A stretch of 64,000 bases of DNA from an uncultured Methanosarcinales archaeon (GTDB lineage Archaea > Nanobdellota > Nanobdellia > Woesearchaeales > UBA583): positions 78,803 to 142,802 of the forward strand of contig CAZULG010000001.1 of the NCBI GenBank assembly GCA_964621065.1. The letters run 5' to 3'. Position 1 is the first letter of the stretch, and each line of letters begins with the position of its first letter. The notes below the pieces were generated by a model that ran no database searches, had not been told where the DNA came from, and worked only from the letters and a program-made list of their open reading frames with translations. The position numbers and the translations under genes were made by a program. Below are positions 17,826 through 27,959 of the stretch, one piece after another.

Positions 17826-20450
17826 CTAATCTCGTTTGAGTATTAAAACAATGCTAACAGGAGTTTTTAGTCCACTCCCATACCCATCAAGTCCCCATAT
17901 TCCAATTTCACTACCATCATCACTATTTGTCCTAAATGTATGCGTTGTAGTAGTTGATGGAATAAACAAGAATCGATATCGTGAAAAATAATAATCATCA
18001 GCACCGTATAAATTTGAACCTTGATTAATTTCATCTACATATCCTGAACCTTGAATACTCCAACCATTCTCTCCAATTATACTCTTCAAGTTATTCGCAT
18101 CCGAATTATCATTAATATGATCTGATGAAACAGGAGCACTATCATCCCACAATCCATTAACAATATGAATCTCATCACTCCTAAATGTGGATGATGCATT
18201 ACTATTAGTAGTTGCAATGTTATTATTATAATAGACACTTAAATTATATATCTCCCCTGTTGAAATTGAATCATCTATTTTTACCCATACATCTACAAAC
18301 TCAGAGGTTGTATTACACTCTTCTATCCAGTATGAGAGTTCTTGAGAATTATTCTTAATGAATCGTAAATCTTCACAAGAATTAGTCCATGAATAGTTAT
18401 TAAAATTTGAAGTATTTAGTTGAACTAATACTTGATAATTTGCGGGTGTGAGTATTGTATTGTTAATTGTAATAGATTGTCGATTTTCCCAACTTAAATT
18501 CCACCAATTCGCTTTACTTGACACAAGTGATGATTGAACTTCTCCACACTCTCCTGCACAACTCAAGTTATATCTAAGAGTTACAGATTCATTTTGAAGT
18601 AACGTAATTCCTGAGCTAGAAGGTTGTAATTGAGTAATTGAAATTGGACCAAATATTTTCTCAACAATGCAAGACACATCAATAAAATCATTTACAGAAC
18701 TCTCATCTGAACTAATTTGAAACTGAGCTGAATAACTTCCTGATATTTGATCATCACATGTAAATTCCACATTAGCACTTGAATCTTGCATCAAATTAAG
18801 AATAAGAGAAACACTTGGAGTAATTGTCGAGCAATCACCTGAAACACAGTTGATTTCAATATTAGAATTACCACCAAATCTAGAGCGAATAGAAATGTTC
18901 TCTCTCAAACTTCCATTAAACTGAGTTGTTGTTCCTAAATCTAACACAGATTGATTAAATTCAATAACTGTCCCCTCAACAGGTCGTAGTTGGATATTGT
19001 GAGATGTTGAATCTTCAATTTCACTCTCTGAGCTTTGCGTAAAAATAGTTGTATTATAGATTGTCCCAACTGTTCCTGTAACATTAATACTAAAATTTCT
19101 CACACACCACTCATTTGCATTTAATAAGCAAGTTTGTGGATTTGAGCTTGTACTCCATAAAGGAGTCAGAGAAGTTGTAGATAAATCAGACCCTAAATAT
19201 TGAGTTGATATATTAATTGTTCCACAACTATCCACACCATTATAGCTAAAACAACTAATATTTGCACTTATTTGAGTTGTAGTATTAACTTCGACACTTG
19301 TAATTGAAATTGTAGAAGGAGTTTCAATAGTAATTCGTAATTCATTTGGAAGAGTATTAGAAGTTGAATTTGTAGGAGAAATTGTATCAGTTGTAAATCT
19401 TTTAATAGTATAATTATCATATCTTACAGTTTCAAGCGTAGCTCCTGCATGAGATGTTAAAGAGAGACCAATATCTTGAGTTGAATTAGCAGATGTTTTT
19501 GTAATAGAATTCACAGAAGTCCAAGAATTAGGAGTAGTTGTAGAGTAAAATCCTTCAAACGTCTGTCCTAATTTTGTAAGTCTTAAATATGAAGGTAAAA
19601 CTCTAGAACTCACAGGTGTACTTGTATCTAAGTATCCATTATCATCTGAATCATGTTGAAATACATATCCATTTCCACTTGTTATAACTTGATATACATA
19701 CCCAGTTGACACCGTTGGTTCATCCAGATCATTTCTCATCATAATTCCTGCCTTATTCCAAGGATTCACATTTCCATGATCAATTACTGCTACTTGAATA
19801 TCAACATCTCCTTCAATATCTTCTAAATACACACTTCCATATTCATCATCACCTGTCCAAGTATCATCTCCTCCCGCAGTTATTGAGAGGGTGTTTGAGA
19901 CAATTGAAAAGTCTGTTCCACTCACTAAATCAAAATCACCTAATTCATATATTGAATCAATTGTTGAACTATTAAAAAAATCACAATGAATAAATGTGCC
20001 ACAATAATCTTCAGAGTTTGACTTTGTATCATCTCCAAAATATAATACTATTTCTGAGTCTTGAGAATTGCTCATATTAGGAACTTTAAATTGAATCTCT
20101 CCTGTCTGAGATCCAGCATTATATTGGTTAAAATAGTGTGGAATGGGAATTGAGGTATTTGTTGATCTATTATAGTAATACATTCTAATGGTGTCTCTAT
20201 GTATTGAAAAATTGTAATTTGGACCCATAAATGTTGAATTAATATCCATAATCATTGTATAATCCGTGTAGGTTGATGTTGCACCTGTGAGATTAAATTC
20301 AACTCGATATGGTTGAGAAAAATCTTCCCATGGAGGACTAAACGAAGAAAATGAAGCAGGAGCAGATAAATTGAATATAATAAACACTAAAAAAATGAAT
20401 CCTGTGAGTCTATAAATTGTAGCGAAATTTAATTCAGTTAGTTTTATCAT
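17826..20450 (-). CDS. giant secreted sequon-rich surface protein, N-terminal part (two DUF2341-like modules, start of a PA14-like domain)
   Basis: A signal/TM segment is present. DUF2341-like blocks are seen (WENRQSITINN...CEDLRFIKNNSQELSYWIEE...VWVKIDD...VYYNN). The C-terminus DDYYFSRYRFLFIPSTTTTHTFRTNSDDGSEIGIW is PA14-like and ends abruptly. Confidence 0.65.
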   Translation of the reverse strand: MIKLTELNFATIYRLTGFIFLVFIIFNLSAPASFSSFSPPWEDFSQPYRVEFNLTGATSTYTDYTMIMDINSTFMGPNYNFSIHRDTIRMYYYNRSTNTSIPIPHYFNQYNAGSQTGEIQFKVPNMSNSQDSEIVLYFGDDTKSNSEDYCGTFIHCDFFNSSTIDSIYELGDFDLVSGTDFSIVSNTLSITAGGDDTWTGDDEYGSVYLEDIEGDVDIQVAVIDHGNVNPWNKAGIMMRNDLDEPTVSTGYVYQVITSGNGYVFQHDSDDNGYLDTSTPVSSRVLPSYLRLTKLGQTFEGFYSTTTPNSWTSVNSITKTSANSTQDIGLSLTSHAGATLETVRYDNYTIKRFTTDTISPTNSTSNTLPNELRITIETPSTISITSVEVNTTTQISANISCFSYNGVDSCGTINISTQYLGSDLSTTSLTPLWSTSSNPQTCLLNANEWCVRNFSINVTGTVGTIYNTTIFTQSSESEIEDSTSHNIQLRPVEGTVIEFNQSVLDLGTTTQFNGSLRENISIRSRFGGNSNIEINCVSGDCSTITPSVSLILNLMQDSSANVEFTCDDQISGSYSAQFQISSDESSVNDFIDVSCIVEKIFGPISITQLQPSSSGITLLQNESVTLRYNLSCAGECGEVQSSLVSSKANWWNLSWENRQSITINNTILTPANYQVLVQLNTSNFNNYSWTNSCEDLRFIKNNSQELSYWIEECNTTSEFVDVWVKIDDSISTGEIYNLSVYYNNNIATTNSNASSTFRSDEIHIVNGLWDDSAPVSSDHINDNSDANNLKSIIGENGWSIQGSGYVDEINQGSNLYGADDYYFSRYRFLFIPSTTTTHTFRTNSDDGSEIGIWGLDGYGSGLKTPVSIVLILKRD

Positions 20451-20556
20451 TCCATTATTATACTATTTACTTACTAAAAAATCATCATATAAATATTTAG
20501 AATAGTTATGAAGTAGTATTCAAGTAATTAAAATATATGAGACAAGTAAAATCAAC

Positions 20557-21273
20557 TTAATTTGTATACCTTACCATCTTTTGAATTTCATACTCCATAT
20601 TTACAACTTTTACCTTATTAAATTCTTCCAACTCATCATGAAGCTGCACCAGATACGTCCCTGAAATTTTCATATTATAGTGCTTTTCAAGAATATATTT
20701 ATACATATTGAGTTGCAGAGCATATTTCCAGTAATTTGAGTTTGCAAGGTGTTCAAGTGGGTAGAGCGCATTATCAGGACTTGTCTCCTTAATCTCCTTT
20801 ACTCGTTTCCAATCAAATATATAGATTTCTCCACTGCTATTATCTTTTGCAATACAATCAACTGTTCCTGCAATATCAAGTTCTTCATCAAATATTCTCC
20901 ACTCAATTCCAAGAATTTGAATATTAGACTCTTTTTTAAACTCCAGATATTGTTCAAATTCTCTACTTTGACTCATTTTTCCTAACAATTCGTACTCCTC
21001 AATTGCTCTGTGAATTTGAGTTCCTCTATCTCTTGCATCATCTCCTGTTTTTTTCCAATATGTTGAGATTTCTTCTTTTGCCATTGCATAATACTTTGAA
21101 TTCTCATTGCTTTGCCAATATGAATACCATTTCTCAATAACTTCGTGTGTGTCAAACTCTTTAAAAAATTGAGATACAAATTGAGTAACTGATTGAGAAA
21201 CTTGCGATGAGTCAACATAATAGGTGTGTGAGTTCTCATCAAAACTAATTCTCTTATTTCTCAAATGATGCAT
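20557..21273 (-). CDS. PD-(D/E)XK (RecB/Cas4-like fold) nuclease family protein
   Basis: Motifs GTQIHRAIE, AGTVDCIA, IFDWKRVK (D-x-K) and YALQLNMYKYIL (QxxxY). No C-terminal Cys cluster is present. Confidence 0.6.
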   Translation of the reverse strand: MHHLRNKRISFDENSHTYYVDSSQVSQSVTQFVSQFFKEFDTHEVIEKWYSYWQSNENSKYYAMAKEEISTYWKKTGDDARDRGTQIHRAIEEYELLGKMSQSREFEQYLEFKKESNIQILGIEWRIFDEELDIAGTVDCIAKDNSSGEIYIFDWKRVKEIKETSPDNALYPLEHLANSNYWKYALQLNMYKYILEKHYNMKISGTYLVQLHDELEEFNKVKVVNMEYEIQKMVRYTN

Positions 21274-21351
21274 TTTGTTGTATATTTGTGGTTATTCTTG
21301 CTTATTTGAACAACTAATTAACTCGTTGCTAATAATGAGTGATAATTAACA

Positions 21352-22221
21352 TTACTTGTTATTTCTCTTTTTATTGTGTTTGACTGTATTACTGATGTGT
21401 TGTTTTTGTTGTTGTTTTCTAGACTCTTTTGTATTTGAGTTATGATGTTGTTCCCCTTCATGTAGTGTGAATCCTCTAACTCCATCTTTATATATTTGGT
21501 AGAGTAAATATCCTGTAATTATCATTATAATAATTGAAATCCATTGACCCAGTGGAAAATTGAAAACAAGTGTTGTTGGCTCACGAACAAAATCTAAAAA
21601 AAATCGTCCAATAGAATATAAAAATAAGATACTCAATGTCATCACTCCTGCCTTTAGTTGTTTAAATATATACACATACAACATGATTTGAAACACAACT
21701 AAATTTTTAAAACTTGCATATAATTGATACGGATGTCGCGCCACATCATCATATTGAGGGAAAACAATTCCAATTCCTGAGTTAGTTGGAGTTCCAACAA
21801 GTTCTTGATTCATGAAATTCCCAACTCTTCCAACACTCAAAGCAAGTATTGAGGGAAGTGCAAAAAAATCACTTATCGAATATACAGAAACATTATATTT
21901 TTTTCTCACAATCCAACAACCTAAAAAAAAACCAATAAATCCTCCATGAATACTCATTCCTCCTTCATATATTTTTAATACCTCAAGTGGATTTTGTAGG
22001 TAATACATAGGGAAGTAAAAAAAGCAAAAAGCAAGTCTTGCAACAATGAGTGAGAAAAATACAAGTATGAAAAAACTCGTATCTTTTTGATCTTCACTCA
22101 GTTGAGAGTGTTTAAAAAATTTTATATAGTATAAATAAGAGAACAAAAATCCAAGTGAATACACTAATCCATACCATAATACTTCAAATCCAAATACTGT
22201 GAATGCAACTGCTGTGCTCAT
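21352..22221 (-). CDS. lgt: prolipoprotein diacylglyceryl transferase-like (Lgt)
   Basis: Lgt signature blocks GGMSIHGGFIGFFLG, GRVGNFMNQELVGTPT, HPYQLYASFKN and GRFFLDFVREP in a polytopic membrane protein. Confidence 0.8.
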   Translation of the reverse strand: MSTAVAFTVFGFEVLWYGLVYSLGFLFSYLYYIKFFKHSQLSEDQKDTSFFILVFFSLIVARLAFCFFYFPMYYLQNPLEVLKIYEGGMSIHGGFIGFFLGCWIVRKKYNVSVYSISDFFALPSILALSVGRVGNFMNQELVGTPTNSGIGIVFPQYDDVARHPYQLYASFKNLVVFQIMLYVYIFKQLKAGVMTLSILFLYSIGRFFLDFVREPTTLVFNFPLGQWISIIIMIITGYLLYQIYKDGVRGFTLHEGEQHHNSNTKESRKQQQKQHISNTVKHNKKRNNK

Positions 22222-22287
22222 ATTTTATGAATATGAAGAAGTTATTTATTAAATTATGGATTAACTTGAATATGTAAGCATGTATGA

Positions 22288-22875
22288 CTAATATAATCCT
22301 TCGTATGATTGTTCTATGATTTGAAGTAGTGTATTATTTTCATCAATGTTATTCTCTTCTGTGCGTTGTTGATTATATTCAAATCCTTTTTTCTCTAATT
22401 GTTTTGCTGAGTGGTTGTGAACTAGCAAGAGATACTTAGAAATTGATGTATTCAAATTATTATCTACTATTTCAAAAAATCTCAGTAGTGTTGCATTAAG
22501 TAATTCTTCTTGCTGCACCTCATCAATACATCGAATTGAGTACACAGCAAGTGTATTTTTAATCATCTCCTTAATAACATATAATACCATCACCTCTGGA
22601 TGAATATCATATTCAATAATTAATGGAGTTGGGCAACATTGAAATAATTCTGCTCGAATTACATACACATCTTGCTCACGCTGGAGTTCTAATCCGATGA
22701 GTGAGTCAAGAAATTGTTTTTGTGTACTTACTTTATTGAGTAAATTTTCAAATCGTTCCCTATCTGTTAGAAGTGATGTATAATTGGATACTTGTTCGTG
22801 ATTAGAAAATTGAGAATTCAATGCTTCGTTGAGCTCATAGGGATAATAATAGTTAAATTTAATCTGTTGTGTCAT
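22288..22875 (-). CDS. hypothetical protein
   Basis: Long ORF with no overlapping competitor. No family recognised. Confidence 0.5.
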   Translation of the reverse strand: MTQQIKFNYYYPYELNEALNSQFSNHEQVSNYTSLLTDRERFENLLNKVSTQKQFLDSLIGLELQREQDVYVIRAELFQCCPTPLIIEYDIHPEVMVLYVIKEMIKNTLAVYSIRCIDEVQQEELLNATLLRFFEIVDNNLNTSISKYLLLVHNHSAKQLEKKGFEYNQQRTEENNIDENNTLLQIIEQSYEGLY

Positions 22876-23033
22876 ATTTAATTGAGTTGTTTTGATTTTA
22901 TAATAATTTTCTTTATTTAATATGTTCTATTAAATATTTATTGAGTTTTAATATGAAAACATGAAATTACTAAATAATAAGAGTTAATTAAAATGAATAA
23001 TTGAATAAAAAAATTAAATATGTTTTTAAAAAA

Positions 23034-25418
23034 TTAGAGAAGAAGGATGATTACTACAATAATTAATATAAGTAATATTCCTGCAATTGAGAGGAGAATA
23101 ATTGTAGTTGTATCAACTTCACTAAATAGTCCTTGAGAATCGTCTCCAGTAGAACCATTATCTCCATCTTGAGAATCATCATCTCCTCCGTTTCCTCCTC
23201 CACTTTGATTACCATCTCCTGGACTTGGTGAATCTCCTCCTCCGTTTTGCTCATCATCACACTCATCAATTGTAAATGTCACAAGTTGTGTTTCTTCATC
23301 ACCTTCTTGAGGATTCACACTATACTCAACATTATAATTTCCTGAATTCAATTGGCTAATATCAAATGTTCTTGTTACAGTTCGCTCTTCATTTTGAAGA
23401 AGTGTGTAACTTTGAGTTCGTGATGTTCCACTTACTCCTACAATTTGAGAAGTTACATCAAAATCTTCCTCATCAATTCCTGAATTTCTAAATGTCATTC
23501 GTGAATCAACTTGATCTACATCACAAGCAACTCTATTTGGAACCACAAATGCAGTTCTAATTTCAGCCCCACTCTCATCTCTATCAACCATTATCGCCAT
23601 TTCTTCAGTAAAGCTCACTCGCTCATCTCTGTTTTCAGGATCATCATATTCAAGCTCTAATTCAAGTAATAAATCATTAGACCTCACATCATCAGGAATG
23701 TCAAAACTGAGCCTCATTGTTTGAGAATCTCTTGATGAAATTAATGTTGTCTCAGAATCAGTTAAGTCTTGACCTCTTGAATTAACATTTCTCATCTCTC
23801 CTCTCAAATCAACTTCTTGAAGTGAGTTCTCATTATTCACAATAACATCAACAACAAGTCTCTCTCCAGGAACTGCGTCATTTCGTGGATTAACACTCTC
23901 AATTGTTACGCCATCAGTTATTTTAACTTCAATAGTTATTTCATCAACTTCTTCTCCTTTGTAGAGTAAAACTAATGTTCCCTCATACGTTCCAACATCA
24001 TCTCTATCATCTGCTCTAATATTGAGCTCTATATCTTCAACTCCTTCATCAACTCTAAAAGACTGTGAAACGTCAAATTCAAAATTTGAAGTTGATAATC
24101 TCTTAGACGAATCTCTAATTTGTCTAAATTCATCTCCAACTTGAATCTCCATATCTTCTACATCAAAATTTTCGTTATTATCAATTTCAATATCAATATC
24201 TTCATCACTACCTCTCTCAACATTAACTTCATAATCTAAATCTATAAATTCAACATCTACATCATCTTTATCTGCATCAATACTTATATCAAAGCACTCA
24301 TTAAATGTTCCACTCTCTCCTTGAATTTGATATTCTACACATAATGCTTGTGAGCCAAAGTGATTTCTAATTTCAATCTCATCTAATCTATCAAATTCAA
24401 GACTAAATAGATAACTGCCACCATTTGGACCTATTTCTCTATCTCTATTTTCCTCATCATCAACATCTAGTGTGTCATCTCGTGATTCTTCAAATTCAAT
24501 GTGTCTTTCAATTTCAAAATCCCCAATATCTCGCTCCAGTGTAAATACTAAATCAGAAATTGCACTATCAAACTCATTAATTAATGTTAATCGTTTTGTA
24601 TCATCTCTATCTTCTAAATCAATATCAAACTCAATTGTTCCATCCTCAAATCCCTCAAAGAACACTGAATCTTCTGGTAGTAAGAAAAATGAGTCACTTG
24701 CACTTACTTGTTTTGTATTATTAGCATAATCAACTTCAACATTCACAGTTGTTTGTTGTGATGTTGCACTTTGAGGAATTGAAACATCAAACTCAACTGT
24801 TTGTGAACTTCCAATATTAATTGAAGAAATTACTTCATCCATATTAATACTTAATGATGGAATTTCAAATGAAACATCAACATCTTCTAAATCAACACTT
24901 CCATTATTTGACACATCAACACTAAATGTTACATCATCTCCTTGAGATATAGAATCTGGAACATTTATTGTAGGATTAGATAAACTTCTTCCATCAACAA
25001 CATTGAGTGTAAAACTGCGAGTTTTGTTTAAACTTGAGTTTTGACTATCAACTACAATTAAATCTCCAGAATAACTCCCTAAAGTATCAAGCATAGAAGC
25101 ATTTGTAAATTCAATACTCACGGGATTTTGACTATCATTTAAATTTGTAATTGTTGTTTGATTTGGATTAAACATAATTGTATTAGATCCATCAACAAAT
25201 TGAATTTGATTAATCGTTAGATTTATTGGCTCATCTCCTGTGTTTTCAATATCTACTTCAAATTGAAGTGAATCATCAACTTGTACTTCAAAATTATTCT
25301 GTGCTGTTGTCAGAGTAAAATCTTTAATTGCAAATGAGAACGAACTCATCGCCATAATCAACGCTAGTACAATTAGTAGCTTCATATATTTTTTTCCTAT
25401 CATTTTTATAATTGACAC
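23034..25418 (-). CDS. acidic secreted CARDB/S-layer-domain-like repeat protein with G/D/S-rich stalk and C-terminal TM anchor
   Basis: A signal peptide is present. CARDB-like repeats are seen (ISQGDDVTFSVDVSNNGSVDLEDVDVSFEI). The protein is very acidic. A GGGDSPSPGDGNQSGGGNGGDDD stalk is followed by a terminal hydrophobic helix. Confidence 0.65.
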   Translation of the reverse strand: MSIIKMIGKKYMKLLIVLALIMAMSSFSFAIKDFTLTTAQNNFEVQVDDSLQFEVDIENTGDEPINLTINQIQFVDGSNTIMFNPNQTTITNLNDSQNPVSIEFTNASMLDTLGSYSGDLIVVDSQNSSLNKTRSFTLNVVDGRSLSNPTINVPDSISQGDDVTFSVDVSNNGSVDLEDVDVSFEIPSLSINMDEVISSINIGSSQTVEFDVSIPQSATSQQTTVNVEVDYANNTKQVSASDSFFLLPEDSVFFEGFEDGTIEFDIDLEDRDDTKRLTLINEFDSAISDLVFTLERDIGDFEIERHIEFEESRDDTLDVDDEENRDREIGPNGGSYLFSLEFDRLDEIEIRNHFGSQALCVEYQIQGESGTFNECFDISIDADKDDVDVEFIDLDYEVNVERGSDEDIDIEIDNNENFDVEDMEIQVGDEFRQIRDSSKRLSTSNFEFDVSQSFRVDEGVEDIELNIRADDRDDVGTYEGTLVLLYKGEEVDEITIEVKITDGVTIESVNPRNDAVPGERLVVDVIVNNENSLQEVDLRGEMRNVNSRGQDLTDSETTLISSRDSQTMRLSFDIPDDVRSNDLLLELELEYDDPENRDERVSFTEEMAIMVDRDESGAEIRTAFVVPNRVACDVDQVDSRMTFRNSGIDEEDFDVTSQIVGVSGTSRTQSYTLLQNEERTVTRTFDISQLNSGNYNVEYSVNPQEGDEETQLVTFTIDECDDEQNGGGDSPSPGDGNQSGGGNGGDDDSQDGDNGSTGDDSQGLFSEVDTTTIILLSIAGILLILIIVVIILLL

Positions 25419-25578
25419 TTGTTAGTTATAACACAATAAGACTGTGAAGTTTATAAATCTTATTATAAATCACTCACAATGAGTTAAAAATAGCAAAATA
25501 TTTCATTTAATGATTCTTCATTGAATACTCAATAGATTAATGTGAATACTACTTTTAAGTTACTAATTTAAACAAATA

Positions 25579-25587
25579 TTTATAAAT
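25579..25587 (+). promoter_or_regulatory. TATA box candidate
   Basis: TTTATAAAT ends 23 nt before the ATG at 25611. Confidence 0.5.
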
Positions 25588-25610
25588 AATGAATACATAG
25601 ACTATGTATA

Positions 25611-25883
25611 ATGAAACATAACAATTCAAATCCTGTAAAAGAAGCATTTAGAAAAGTGAAAGAAGATAATTTATTTCTTCTTCAAAAAATTGAAGTATTA
25701 GAAGAGAGATTAAAAGCTCAAGAGCGACAATCAAGAGAGATGTTTGAATTGTTAAGAGAACAAATTGAATTATATAAAGCAGAAGCAATGATGAGTAATT
25801 CTTCAAATATGAGTTATAATTATAGTACTTCATCTAAGAAAAAAACTCCGTCTAAAAAAACTAAGGATACATCTTCAGAATAA
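25611..25883 (+). CDS. small coiled-coil protein
   Basis: A TATA box lies 23 nt upstream. The motif EAFRKVKEDNLFL is shared with the ORF at 12932. Confidence 0.5.
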   Translation: MKHNNSNPVKEAFRKVKEDNLFLLQKIEVLEERLKAQERQSREMFELLREQIELYKAEAMMSNSSNMSYNYSTSSKKKTPSKKTKDTSSE

Positions 25884-26111
25884 TCTGATACAGATTTAGA
25901 GCAATTTAAAGAAATTTAAACCAACTCGACAATTAAATTAATGTTAATTCAAGTATTCATCATACTTTTTATTATAATTTTTTTATTATAATATTAGTAT
26001 CACAAAATATCAGTTTTGCCTGAGTAAGATTTTCTAGTTATTAAAAATATTATGAATCTTAACTTTAAAGTAACAAATATTTAAAAAGTGTTAAGATATT
26101 GTATTATTACA

Positions 26112-26438
26112 ATGAGAAAAATAATAACATCATTAATCCTTCTTGTATGCATCATTGCACTTGTAGGATTTGCAACGACTCTTCCAATTATAGAACAAAA
26201 AGAGGAGAATCAAAAAATAGAGATTTCAAATAATGAGAACAACTTAATTATTCTTGAATCAAGTCAAGAAGTTGAATCTACACATGAGGATCAAGAGGTT
26301 AGAGGACTTAGAAAAACAAGTAGTGGATATGTTGATATTCAAGATCAATCAACACGTTATACAAATGATGAAGTACAACAAATCTCAAATGATAGAGGAA
26401 TATTTGTAAGTTCTCGTGAAGAAGTTAGAATTTATTAA
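26112..26438 (+). CDS. hypothetical signal-anchored protein
   Basis: ATG at 26112 (MRKIITSLILLVCIIALVGF) is preferred over the upstream GTG at 26088. Confidence 0.45.
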   Translation: MRKIITSLILLVCIIALVGFATTLPIIEQKEENQKIEISNNENNLIILESSQEVESTHEDQEVRGLRKTSSGYVDIQDQSTRYTNDEVQQISNDRGIFVSSREEVRIY

Positions 26439-26510
26439 AAAAATAAATACATCTTCTGTAATTTTAAAGATTTAAAGAATATAAAAATAAGTTAATAAAT
26501 TAATTTTAAA

Positions 26511-26978
26511 TTATAGTGGCATCCAACTTGGGAAGAAGCTTGCAAATGGTTCTATAAAGTCGTAGAGGAGGAAGATGTAATATGGTGAAAATCCAACTGC
26601 AAGTGCAATTACTGCTTTGTGCCAGAACTTCTCCTTAAAACCAGTTGATTGAACTCCTTTAATAGCGTGTGAAGCGACCATTTTTGTCATCATAATAAGT
26701 GAGATAATAGCGCTTACAACTAATGATCTTCCAACTTCATCCATAAATAATATACTTTCAACAACAGGAGGAATTTGAAAATTTGCAAAAATCCACAATG
26801 TATTTGTTGCAATAATTGTTCCAGCTATTGCAAATAATAATCCGTGCCACATATCTCCTATGAAATCTTTTCCTGAAGTCATATTCTCGTCTTCATATAC
26901 AAAATATGCCTCAACTAATCCTATCAAAAATCCTACAACTAACGGTAAGATGATGTGTAATTCTCCTTCTAATGCCAT
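26511..26978 (-). CDS. hypothetical polytopic membrane protein
   Basis: 155-aa ORF with four to five hydrophobic helices. Confidence 0.5.
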   Translation of the reverse strand: MALEGELHIILPLVVGFLIGLVEAYFVYEDENMTSGKDFIGDMWHGLLFAIAGTIIATNTLWIFANFQIPPVVESILFMDEVGRSLVVSAIISLIMMTKMVASHAIKGVQSTGFKEKFWHKAVIALAVGFSPYYIFLLYDFIEPFASFFPSWMPL

Positions 26979-27020
26979 TTTTATGTATTTGTGTATTTCG
27001 TATTTTAATCATAATATTAG

Positions 27021-27872
27021 TTACTTGTCTAATTTATGTATCTCAATATCATTAAAATGAGTTTGCTGTTTTAAAATAACTTTTTCTTGATTATGAAGGT
27101 GTAACAATGGAATAAATGAGTGTAAAATGTCAATTTTATCTGATTTTTCTCGTTTAGGTAATACATCGTTATGAAATGTTAAGTGTGCTTTTTTCTCACT
27201 AAATTCATTATGTAATAAATCAAAGAGTTCTTGAATAATTGTTTTCAAATCTTTTCTTTTTTTATTATACTCAGGCCCTGTATATTCAACATCTGTATTT
27301 TTTAACACTAAATTTTTTCTTCTCTGATTACTCTGCTTAAATGTTTTCTCAAGTGTTGAGATTAAATCATGTAGTGTTACTTTTCGCTTTCTCGCAATAG
27401 GGTTTCTCACTTTCACTTTATACTCGCTTCTACTTGTACGCTTTGCTTTTGTATTCAAAAATTCATCTACTCCTTCTAACATATCAAATTCAGCGTTTAA
27501 GTCATCTTCTTGTATATCTTGGAGCGAGTCAATTGTTGAATCAATGCCTGAGATATCATGATCAACTAGATATTGTGCTTTTTTTTTAAGTAAAAATACT
27601 GCAACTGTGAGCAGTTTTCCTGAAATTGCAAAATCAAGATGTTCTAAATCTTGAATACTTTGCAAGTATGTTTTTGTCAATAGTGAAATATCAATATCAA
27701 ATGGGTCCATATGATTTTCCTCAATAATCTGCTCAAGCAATTTTTTCCAATCAAATGAGTGTTTATCCATTGCAACATTATAAATCTCATCTTGAGGTAG
27801 AACATATAATTGAGAGTTCTCATTATCATTTATGTGTTCTATTTTATCTTCACTCTCATTATTCATATACAT
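27021..27872 (-). CDS. scpA: segregation and condensation protein A (kleisin ScpA)-like
   Basis: DPFDIDISLLTKTYLQSIQDLEHLDFAISGKLLTVAVFLLKKKAQYL matches the ScpA N-terminal block. Confidence 0.65.
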   Translation of the reverse strand: MYMNNESEDKIEHINDNENSQLYVLPQDEIYNVAMDKHSFDWKKLLEQIIEENHMDPFDIDISLLTKTYLQSIQDLEHLDFAISGKLLTVAVFLLKKKAQYLVDHDISGIDSTIDSLQDIQEDDLNAEFDMLEGVDEFLNTKAKRTSRSEYKVKVRNPIARKRKVTLHDLISTLEKTFKQSNQRRKNLVLKNTDVEYTGPEYNKKRKDLKTIIQELFDLLHNEFSEKKAHLTFHNDVLPKREKSDKIDILHSFIPLLHLHNQEKVILKQQTHFNDIEIHKLDK

Positions 27873-27959
27873 ATTATTATAAATTTCTTATTTAAAACTT
27901 TTTATCACTCTATAATTTTACAATGATTACTTCAATGTTTTATGTCTTAAATATATATA

